This document shows, piece by piece, positions 1 through 7,378 of a stretch of 44,710 nt of DNA. A program made the translations under genes and the position numbers. The stretch lies in NCBI GenBank assembly GCA_043780395.1, contig JAYWCR010000025.1, positions 1 to 44,710 on the forward strand, in the 5' to 3' direction. The first letter of the stretch is position 1. Each line of letters opens with the position of its first letter. The notes under the pieces were generated by a model that was not told where the DNA came from, made no database searches, and was given only the letters and a program-made list of their open reading frames with translations. The DNA comes from Sphingobacteriales bacterium (GTDB taxonomy: Bacteria > Bacteroidota > Bacteroidia > Sphingobacteriales > Sphingobacteriaceae).

Positions 1-208
1 TTGTACTTAATGGGTTCAGGCTGCTGACGGTGATACTCAGAAGATCATTTCCCTGGATATAGGTTACCGGTGCTAAGGTCAGGGACCGTACGCTGGAGTC
101 GCGCTGTCCGTCAAAATAAACCGTATTCTTCAGGTCTGCGCAGGATGAGAACAGCAGTGGGATGATCAGAAAGCTGCCTGCTGCAATTAAGGAGTATTTG
201 TTTTTCAT
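1..208 (-). CDS. Polysaccharide export outer-membrane lipoprotein (Wza/BexD-like), N-terminal fragment; the gene runs off the left edge
   Basis: Minus-strand ATG at 206-208 (not in the ORF track because it is truncated). It translates to MKNKYSLIAAGSFLIIPLLFSSCADLKNTVYFDGQ...YIQGNDLLSITVSSLNP: a lipoprotein signal with a lipobox Cys, then the 'I..GD.L.I.V' motif typical of polysaccharide export proteins. It lies directly downstream of glycosyltransferase genes on the same strand. Confidence 0.55.
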   Translation of the reverse strand, partial: MKNKYSLIAAGSFLIIPLLFSSCADLKNTVYFDGQRDSSVRSLTLAPVTYIQGNDLLSITVSSLNPLST

Positions 209-227
209 AGGGTATAGGTTCTATTGA

Positions 228-1121
228 TTAAACACTGTTCTGTTCTGGCAGCGGGTCTTTTCTTTCTGCCTTGTAAAAAGCCCGTATCTGCTGCTCGTTC
301 ATACTCTCCCAGCTTCTTACTGAATGAATGATCTTTTTATGTTCTTTTAAAAGTTGTTCAGGAGAGGCAGGTAATCCTTTCCATGCACAGGCCATTGGTG
401 CATTGTTCATGGAGAGGCTTTCGAGGCTGAATCCAGTAGCTTTTGCCAACAGGGAAAATAAATGATCTTCACCAAGATTCAGATTCTTAAAACTATGTCT
501 TGGAAGAAGACCGCTCTCTGACAGACAGATCAGTAAAGCCTCACTTATAAAGTAGGCTCCGCCGAAAACACTTTCCCCCGTTCTATATCCGTTTCTGATT
601 GCGTTTCTATAGAGTGTTATCAGGCTCCAATTAGCTATCGGACGCCTGAAAAACTTCCAGCTCCGGGTGCTGTTAAGTATGCGTTTTTCAGGCCATTTCA
701 GATTCCATGGACTTCCGTCGTATTCAAGAGGATACTGACCTGCAATACCTGCAAAAGGCATGCTTCTGAATAAACTGATCGCTTCTTTTTCAAAAGCTTT
801 TCCAATGACCAGTGCATCTGTATCTAATTTAAGCAGGGCAGTAAATCTGTACTTTTCAATTGCGTATTTATATGCCATGCTCAGTGTAATGTAGAGCCCG
901 GCCCAGCCGCCCAGTTGTTTAGTTGTATGAATAAGGTCATAATGCGGAAACAGGTTTGCAATTTTTGTGCCAACGTTCTCACCAGAGTCATCCAGCAGAA
1001 TTACCTTATAAATCTGTTCTGAATAATGAATAAAGCTATCGATCGTATCTATGACGAATTCGGTATTGTTGCCTGGCCCTATAGGTACTACCAGAATAAT
1101 ATCATAGATGTACTTATGCAT
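228..1121 (-). CDS. Glycosyltransferase-like protein (EPS/capsule locus), family not assignable by eye
   Basis: 297-aa ORF. The N-terminus 'IILVVPIGPGNN...VILLDDSG' resembles a GT-A nucleotide-sugar-binding fold with a DD/DxD-like motif. It sits between a WbaP-like priming transferase and a Wza-like exporter on the same strand. Confidence 0.5.
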   Translation of the reverse strand: MHKYIYDIILVVPIGPGNNTEFVIDTIDSFIHYSEQIYKVILLDDSGENVGTKIANLFPHYDLIHTTKQLGGWAGLYITLSMAYKYAIEKYRFTALLKLDTDALVIGKAFEKEAISLFRSMPFAGIAGQYPLEYDGSPWNLKWPEKRILNSTRSWKFFRRPIANWSLITLYRNAIRNGYRTGESVFGGAYFISEALLICLSESGLLPRHSFKNLNLGEDHLFSLLAKATGFSLESLSMNNAPMACAWKGLPASPEQLLKEHKKIIHSVRSWESMNEQQIRAFYKAERKDPLPEQNSV

Positions 1122-1189
1122 TATATGTATATTAAATATCTATAGATATATATTTATAATAATAAAGAATATTTAATCATTTTAAATAA

Positions 1190-2572
1190 TTAAAAGGCAT
1201 TTTTTTCTCCTTTGAATACATTGGCCAGGGTCAGGTAAATGATCTTGCAGTCGAGCGTCAGACTCCAGTTTTCCATATACCAGATATCATGTTCTACCCG
1301 TTTGGATAGATGTTCATCCTTGGTGATCTCGCCCCTGAATCCATTGACCTGGGCCCAGCCTGAAATGCCGGGGGTTACAAAATGCCTGATCTTATATTCT
1401 TTTGAGGCTGCTGAAAACTTTTCAGTATGCTGAAGCATATGGGGTCTGGGCCCAACTACTGACATAGAGCCAGTAAGCACATTAATGAACTGGGGAAGTT
1501 CGTCCAGGTTGGTTTTACGGAGTATTCTCCCCAGCCTGGTTAACCGGGAGTCATTTCTTGACACCTGCACCGAATCATTGCCCTGGCTTACAGTAAGACT
1601 TCTGAATTTAAAACATGAAAAGGGCTTCAGGTTCTTTCCTGAGCGTTTTTGAACAAAAAGTACAGGGCCCCGCGAGTCAAATAAAATAAGAATGGCCAGA
1701 ATCGGAAATAGCCATGAGAGTACAAAAATCAGGATAAATGAACTGAACACTATGTCAAACAACCTCTTTTTTATTCTTGAGGGCCCATCCTCAAGGGGCT
1801 CAGACCAGAGCGAAATAACAGGGATATCTTTTATGAAATCTACATGGATCTTACGGTTCACGAACATATGCAGATCCGGAATGAATTTAAAGCGGATCAT
1901 ATTGGCCTCCGCCTTATTTGCAAGTTCATAGAGATAACTGTATTTCTCGGGAGAAAGCGTTGAATAGATCTCCGTCACTTTATTTTCGATCGCAAATTTA
2001 ATGCAGTCGGTATAATTGCCCAGGTAATCCAGTTTCAGGTCAGAAAGCTGCTTGTCAGTGTCATTGAAGTAACCCAGAATATCAATATGCGGATTGTGAT
2101 CACCTATATAATCAACCAGTTTCCGGGTTAGATGCGTATAGCCCAGTATAACTATATTGCCAGGTGCTGCACCTCCCTTTTTTTTATAAAGTACAAGTGA
2201 ATAGAACAGGCCTCTTATAAAAAGAAGACTCAGGGCAAACAGAGAAAAAAATAAAAAAATAAAAACTCTTGAGTAATAGAAATGATAGAAGAAAATTGAT
2301 AAGTTGGTTAAAAACACATATAAGCAAAAGGCACTTACCGTTCTTTTGATATATCGGGATACATTGAAATGATGGTCATTTATATAAACTCCATTTATAT
2401 ACGAAGAAATAAGCCATAGTATATTTACTACCAGGTAGAGCAGCATATATTGTTTCTCAAATCCCTGCACCTGTTTAAGGTTGAAATTAAGTACAAGAAA
2501 AAGTAAGTTCAATACCAGAAGATCAATAAAATGATAAAAAAAACGATATAGATTTATGTAGCGAGTATTCAT
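1190..2572 (-). CDS. Undecaprenyl-phosphate sugar phosphotransferase (WbaP/exopolysaccharide priming glycosylphosphotransferase)
   Basis: 460 aa with multiple N-terminal TM helices. The C-terminal bacterial sugar transferase domain carries 'DELPQFINVLTGSMSVVGPRPH' and 'PGISGWAQVNG' motifs. Confidence 0.85.
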   Translation of the reverse strand: MNTRYINLYRFFYHFIDLLVLNLLFLVLNFNLKQVQGFEKQYMLLYLVVNILWLISSYINGVYINDHHFNVSRYIKRTVSAFCLYVFLTNLSIFFYHFYYSRVFIFLFFSLFALSLLFIRGLFYSLVLYKKKGGAAPGNIVILGYTHLTRKLVDYIGDHNPHIDILGYFNDTDKQLSDLKLDYLGNYTDCIKFAIENKVTEIYSTLSPEKYSYLYELANKAEANMIRFKFIPDLHMFVNRKIHVDFIKDIPVISLWSEPLEDGPSRIKKRLFDIVFSSFILIFVLSWLFPILAILILFDSRGPVLFVQKRSGKNLKPFSCFKFRSLTVSQGNDSVQVSRNDSRLTRLGRILRKTNLDELPQFINVLTGSMSVVGPRPHMLQHTEKFSAASKEYKIRHFVTPGISGWAQVNGFRGEITKDEHLSKRVEHDIWYMENWSLTLDCKIIYLTLANVFKGEKNAF

Positions 2573-2700
2573 TTATTTCAGGAGTAAACAGATGCATACC
2601 ATAATTCAATTATTAAGCCATAGGGGCAGGGCCTGAAAGGGTCTGTCGGGGGAGAATTTATTTTTTATAGAGCGGAAATTTGATTTTACTTAGATTTTAG

Positions 2701-2708
2701 TATCTTTG
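2701..2708 (+). promoter_or_regulatory. Bacteroidota-type -7 promoter box (TATCTTTG = TAnnTTTG) upstream of rpmE2
   Basis: Perfect match to the TAnnTTTG consensus, ending 20 nt before the ATG at 2728. Confidence 0.4.
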
Positions 2709-2727
2709 ACCCTCTTAAAAAGAAGTA

Positions 2728-3021
2728 ATGAAAGCCGAAATACACCCAAAGAACTACAGGTTAGTTGTTTTTAAAGATACCTCCATTGACTATTCTTTTA
2801 TGACAAAGTCAACTGTCGAGACCAAGGATAAAGTGTTGTGGGAAGATGGAAAAGAATATCCTCTGATCAAACTTGAAATCTCCGATAAATCACATCCTTT
2901 CTATACAGGAAAGATAAAGATGGTAGATACTGCAGGCCGTATTGACAAGTTCAATAGCCGTTATGCAAAAAAAGAAGTTAAAGAGGTTAAAGAAGTTAAA
3001 GAAACCAAGGAAGGCGAATAA
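2728..3021 (+). CDS. rpmE2: 50S ribosomal protein L31 type B, with a short lysine/glutamate-rich C-terminal tail
   Basis: '[10 protein letters not shown]...' start and 'SHPFYTGK...[13 protein letters not shown]' core. The CxxC zinc motif is absent, as expected for type B. Confidence 0.9.
   Translation: MKAEIHPKNYRLVVFKDTSIDYSFMTKSTVETKDKVLWEDGKEYPLIKLEISDKSHPFYTGKIKMVDTAGRIDKFNSRYAKKEVKEVKEVKETKEGE
2971..3006 (+). repeat. In-frame 9-nt tandem repeat (aaagaRgtt x3 plus a degenerate fourth) encoding (KEV)3-KET at the L31 C-terminus
   Basis: Direct reading: aaagaagtt aaagaggtt aaagaagtt aaagaaacc. Confidence 0.7.
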
Positions 3022-3075
3022 ATTCTTATTCATTTTCTTTAGTTAATTATACAGGCATAAACCCTGATCATTAAA

Positions 3076-3110
3076 AGTCTTTCGGTCATCCGGAGGACTT
3101 TTCTATTTTT
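3076..3110 (+). terminator. Rho-independent terminator after rpmE2
   Basis: Stem AGTCTTTCGG / CCGGAGGACT (10 bp including G-U pairs), TCAT loop, followed by TTTTCTATTTTT. Confidence 0.6.
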
Positions 3111-3115
3111 ACACC

Positions 3116-4300
3116 ATGAACATTATTCTGTTTGATGATTATAGCCGTCTGGATCTATTTCCATTAACCTTAACAAGACCCATAGGCGCATTGAGGATTG
3201 GTATTCTTACCATAGCCGAAAAATGGGAACTGATGACCGGTCTGCCTGTTTCCTACCATACAGAAGAATACCTGCAGACAAAGTACCCGATGGCACTTGA
3301 AACTGATAACTTTCTTATAAATTCAAAACTTCTCCCCGATGCACAGCTCTGGGCTTCCATTCAGGCCCTTGGACCTGATGAGGCGCTGGGCTATGAAAAT
3401 GATCTTGTTGCCATCAGGCTCGACAGGGCAATGCTTGCCTCCGGGGCTGTGTGGATTCAACAGCAGGCAAAAATACCCTATACCGATGGTGTGCCCTTAA
3501 GAATTCTGAATGCCGAAGATCTTGTAAAACATAATCATAAAGCCCTTGAGGCCGATTTTGAGCTTCTTACTGCCAGCCGTCATTCGCAGAAACTTACACC
3601 TGACAACCAGGTGCTGGGATCACAGCTCTTTGTGGAAGAAGGGGTAAAATGTTCTTTTGCCACCATCAATACCACTACCGGCCCGGTGTATCTTGGTAAG
3701 GATGCGGAGATCATGGAAGGCTCCCATATTCGGGGGCCGTTCGCCCTGTTAAATAACAGTACGGTGAAAATGGGCTCCAAGATCTATGGAGCCACTACCG
3801 TTGGACCCTATTGTACCGTAGGAGGAGAGATAAAAAATTCTATTTTAAGCGGATACTCGAACAAGGGCCATGAAGGCTATCTGGGTGATTCTGTACTGGG
3901 TGAATGGTGCAACCTGGGTGCCGATACCAATAATTCCAATATGAAGAATACCTATCAGCAGGTATCTCTATATAACTACAAGCTTAAAGAGCGCCGGCTT
4001 ACAGGTATGCAGTTTCTTGGAATGATCATGGGTGACCATTCCAAGAGCGGAATAAATGCCACCTTCAATACGGGAACTGTACTGGGAATGGGGGTCAATT
4101 TTTTCGGAACCCAGATGTCTGCAGCCTTTATTCCCGATTTTACCTGGGCAGAACCGGGGAAATTCAGGGAATACCAGCTTGAAAAGATGCTTGAAACAGC
4201 CCGGAAAATGATGGAGCGGAAAAATCTGCTTCTGGATGCCGTTGAAGAAGAGATCATCAGGGAAGCCTATAAATTCACTGCAGCTTACCGGAATTATTAA
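3116..4300 (+). CDS. Putative sugar nucleotidyltransferase / GlmU-like protein with a left-handed beta-helix (hexapeptide repeat) domain
   Basis: 394 aa. The N-terminus 'IILFDD...LTLTRP' is nucleotidyltransferase-like. The central and C-terminal part has hexapeptide-like periodicity ('GKDAEIMEGSHIRGP', 'GSKIYGATTVGPYCTVGGEI', 'GDSVLGEWCNLGADT'). Confidence 0.6.
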   Translation: MNIILFDDYSRLDLFPLTLTRPIGALRIGILTIAEKWELMTGLPVSYHTEEYLQTKYPMALETDNFLINSKLLPDAQLWASIQALGPDEALGYENDLVAIRLDRAMLASGAVWIQQQAKIPYTDGVPLRILNAEDLVKHNHKALEADFELLTASRHSQKLTPDNQVLGSQLFVEEGVKCSFATINTTTGPVYLGKDAEIMEGSHIRGPFALLNNSTVKMGSKIYGATTVGPYCTVGGEIKNSILSGYSNKGHEGYLGDSVLGEWCNLGADTNNSNMKNTYQQVSLYNYKLKERRLTGMQFLGMIMGDHSKSGINATFNTGTVLGMGVNFFGTQMSAAFIPDFTWAEPGKFREYQLEKMLETARKMMERKNLLLDAVEEEIIREAYKFTAAYRNY

Positions 4301-4363
4301 AAAGAACATAATTTACTCCTGGAGCCTGACCGCTGAGGTCATTGAAATACTTAGATTTATACC

Positions 4364-5143
4364 ATGAGAAAACATATTGTAGCCGGAAACTGGAAAATGA
4401 ATACCAGTTTTGAAGAGGCGCTGGGACTTTTTACTGAAGTTAAAAATATCGTTAAAGATGAGCTTCAGCCTGGAGTAGAAGTCATTGTATGCCCGCCTTT
4501 TACAAGCCTTTACAGTATTAAGCAGTTGAATGACAGTGAGATAAAACTGGGATCCCAGAATATATGCTGGGAAGAGAAGGGTGCCTTTACAGGTGAGGTT
4601 TCGGCAGCCATGGTACGTTCTGTGGGCTGTACCCATGTAATTCTTGGGCATTCCGAGCGCAGACAGTATTTTGCCGAAAGCAGTTCAGTATTAAGCAAAA
4701 AGGTAAACCTTGCCCTTGAGCATGGAATGATCCCGGTTTTTTGTATCGGAGAAACACTGGCAGAACGTGAAAAAGGAGAACATATTTCCATTATAAAAAC
4801 ACAACTGTCTGAAGCACTTTTTCACCTTGATGCCGGGCAGTTCAGCAAGGTAGTGCTTGCCTATGAGCCGGTATGGGCCATTGGTACAGGACTGACCGCA
4901 AGCCCAGAGCAGGCTCAGGAAATCCACGCAGAGATCCGGAGTGCTGTCGCCAGCCAGTTCGATGCATCGCTTGCCGACAAAATATCAATTCTTTACGGAG
5001 GAAGCTGCAATGCTAAAAATGCAAATGACCTGTTTTCCCAGCCCGATATAGACGGTGGTCTGATCGGTGGGGCTGCCCTTAAAGCCCGTGATTTTATAGA
5101 CATTGCCCATGCATTGCAGGCTTGTAAAAGCAAAGCGATCTGA
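4364..5143 (+). CDS. tpiA: Triosephosphate isomerase
   Basis: 'AGNWKMN', 'ILGHSERR', 'AYEPVWAIGTG' and 'ILYGGS' signatures. Confidence 0.95.
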   Translation: MRKHIVAGNWKMNTSFEEALGLFTEVKNIVKDELQPGVEVIVCPPFTSLYSIKQLNDSEIKLGSQNICWEEKGAFTGEVSAAMVRSVGCTHVILGHSERRQYFAESSSVLSKKVNLALEHGMIPVFCIGETLAEREKGEHISIIKTQLSEALFHLDAGQFSKVVLAYEPVWAIGTGLTASPEQAQEIHAEIRSAVASQFDASLADKISILYGGSCNAKNANDLFSQPDIDGGLIGGAALKARDFIDIAHALQACKSKAI

Positions 5144-5146
5144 TCA

Positions 5147-5980
5147 ATGGAGTATACAGAGCTGGATTTTATCGTCCTTACAACAGATGACTATGTACAG
5201 GACCTGATCATCCAGGATCTTGCTGATCTTGGATTTGAAAGTTTTGAAGACACGGAATTTGGATTTAAGGGCTATATCATTACTTCGGCCCTTGACGAGG
5301 GGGCTATAGGCCGCCTTCTGGCAGGCTATATGTCTGTGTCGGCTTCCTATACCCTGAAAAAAATTGAACCCGTCAACTGGAACCAGGAATGGGAAAACAA
5401 TTATGCACCTATTCCCATAGGTGACCAGGTCTATATAAGAGCCTCTTTTCATGCGCCGGCGCCGGAATTTGCCCTTGAGCTTGTGATTGAACCCAAAATG
5501 GCCTTTGGCACCGGGCATCATGATACTACTTACTTAATGGCCGAATACCTGCTAGAGTTTGATCTTGCAGGTAAAAGGATGCTGGATATGGGATGTGGTT
5601 CGGGAATCCTGGCCATCCTTGCAGAAAAACGAGGTGCCTCGGCCGTCCATGCGGTAGATATTGATGAGATATGTACGCTGAGTACGCTTGAAAATGCAAA
5701 GATCAATTCCTGCACTGCCATTACCATAGCCACAGGTGATATTGAAATACTTGAAGGGCATGACTATGAGATCATTCTTGCCAATATAAACCGCAATATT
5801 CTGCTGGGCCATCTTGAACATTATTCAGGCATGCTTTCTGAAGGGGGGCTTCTGTTCATGAGCGGTTTTTATGCAAGCCCTGACCTTGACATTATAATTG
5901 GAAAAGCAAATGAAGTAGGGTTGACCCTATTGAAAAGCCGGGAAAAGAATGCCTGGTGTGCTGCTGTATTTACAAAATGA
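5147..5980 (+). CDS. prmA: Ribosomal protein L11 methyltransferase
   Basis: 'MAFGTGHHDTT' PrmA motif and 'LDMGCGSGILA' SAM-binding motif. It starts 3 nt after the tpiA stop. Confidence 0.9.
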   Translation: MEYTELDFIVLTTDDYVQDLIIQDLADLGFESFEDTEFGFKGYIITSALDEGAIGRLLAGYMSVSASYTLKKIEPVNWNQEWENNYAPIPIGDQVYIRASFHAPAPEFALELVIEPKMAFGTGHHDTTYLMAEYLLEFDLAGKRMLDMGCGSGILAILAEKRGASAVHAVDIDEICTLSTLENAKINSCTAITIATGDIEILEGHDYEIILANINRNILLGHLEHYSGMLSEGGLLFMSGFYASPDLDIIIGKANEVGLTLLKSREKNAWCAAVFTK

Positions 5981-7341
5981 AGAACATCCATTTTATTTCC
6001 ATTGGTGGCAGTGCCATGCATAACCTTGCTATTGCCTTAAAGAACAAAGGCTATCAGGTAACGGGAACAGACGATGAGATTGCAGAACCTTCACGCAGCA
6101 GGCTGAAGGCGCATGGCCTTTTACCTGCTTCAGAAGGCTGGAATCCTGCACTTATTACCAGCGGTCTGGAGGCTGTGATCGTAGGCATGCATGCCAGGGC
6201 TGACAATCCTGAGCTGGCCGAGGCCCGCAGGCTGGGCCTGAAGATCTTTTCCTATCCTGAATTTATCTACGAGCAGTCGAAAGATAAATTCAGGGTAGTG
6301 ATTGGTGGCAGCCATGGAAAGACCACCACCACGGCCATGATCATGCATGTGCTGCAGCATGAAGGGCTGAACTTCGACTATATGGTGGGCGCTGCCCTGC
6401 CGGGTTTTGAGCTTACTGTAAAACTCAGTGCCGATGCTCCGCTGATCATCATTGAAGGGGATGAATACCTGGCCTCCCCGCTTGACCCCAGACCTAAATT
6501 CCATTTATACAAGGCCAGTCTGGCCGTGATCACAGGCATTGCCTGGGATCATGTCAATGTATTTGCAACCCCCGAGATCTACAGAGCGCAGTTTTCATCT
6601 TTTCTGGATACGCTTGCAGATAGAGGTATCCTTATTTACAACGAGCAGGATGCACAGGTATGCAGGGTGGCTGAAGAATGTTCCCGTACGGACCTTGAAA
6701 TGGAAGGCTATTCAATGCCGGTCCACGAGGTAAGAGAAGGCATAACTTTTCTGAAAGACAACAGGGGCAGGGAGACCCCTTTATTCGTTTTTGGGGAACA
6801 TAACCTGCTGAACATGAATGCAGCCTTTCATGTATGCACTCATCTGGGTATTACGCAGGAAAGGTTCTATGCAGCAATTTCAGGTTTCAAAGGTGCTTCC
6901 AGGCGCCTTGAATATATTTCAGGGTCAGACCAGCAGGCTGTTTTTTGGGATTTTGCTCATTCACCCTCTAAACTGAAAGCAACCACTACGGCCGTCAAAG
7001 AGCAGTTTCCTCTGAGAAAGCTCATTGCCTGTATGGAGCTTCATACATTCAGCAGCCTGAACACGGAATTTCTGGATCAGTATGCCGGAAGTATGGATCT
7101 TGCTGACCTGGCCATCGTCTATTACAATCCTGCAACACTTCTTCATAAGAAACTTTCTGCGCTGGAACCTGAAACCGTGAAGACTGCCTTCGGACGTGAT
7201 GACCTGAAAGTATTCACTGATTCTTCCCTGCTTGAAGCTTTTCTTAAAAGTCTGCCACTGGACAGTTCTAACCTTCTGTTAATGAGTTCGGGCAATTTTG
7301 GAGGCCTTGATATTAAAGCAATTCCTTTTTCATTCATTTAA
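5977..7341 (+). CDS. mpl: UDP-N-acetylmuramate:L-alanyl-gamma-D-glutamyl-meso-DAP ligase (Mur ligase family, Mpl-like)
   Basis: 'IHFISIGGSAMHNLA' N-terminus and 'GGSHGKTTTT' P-loop, with a Mur-ligase central and C-terminal layout. I trimmed the start to the ATG at 5977, which overlaps the prmA stop (ATGA). The track ORF starts at 5956 inside prmA. Confidence 0.8.
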   Translation: MKNIHFISIGGSAMHNLAIALKNKGYQVTGTDDEIAEPSRSRLKAHGLLPASEGWNPALITSGLEAVIVGMHARADNPELAEARRLGLKIFSYPEFIYEQSKDKFRVVIGGSHGKTTTTAMIMHVLQHEGLNFDYMVGAALPGFELTVKLSADAPLIIIEGDEYLASPLDPRPKFHLYKASLAVITGIAWDHVNVFATPEIYRAQFSSFLDTLADRGILIYNEQDAQVCRVAEECSRTDLEMEGYSMPVHEVREGITFLKDNRGRETPLFVFGEHNLLNMNAAFHVCTHLGITQERFYAAISGFKGASRRLEYISGSDQQAVFWDFAHSPSKLKATTTAVKEQFPLRKLIACMELHTFSSLNTEFLDQYAGSMDLADLAIVYYNPATLLHKKLSALEPETVKTAFGRDDLKVFTDSSLLEAFLKSLPLDSSNLLLMSSGNFGGLDIKAIPFSFI

Positions 7342-7378
7342 CAAGCTTCCTAATTATATTTGTGAAGGAGAATATCAG

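Noticed and set aside
5956-5976. N-terminal extensions proposed by the ORF track: mpl from 5956, ftsK from 7298, AcpS from 14243, gluconate-DH subunit from 38664, and ferritin-like A2 from 25880.
   Set aside because: The extensions overlap upstream genes or a terminator hairpin and add non-homologous residues. Internal ATGs give canonical N-termini and stop/start coupling.
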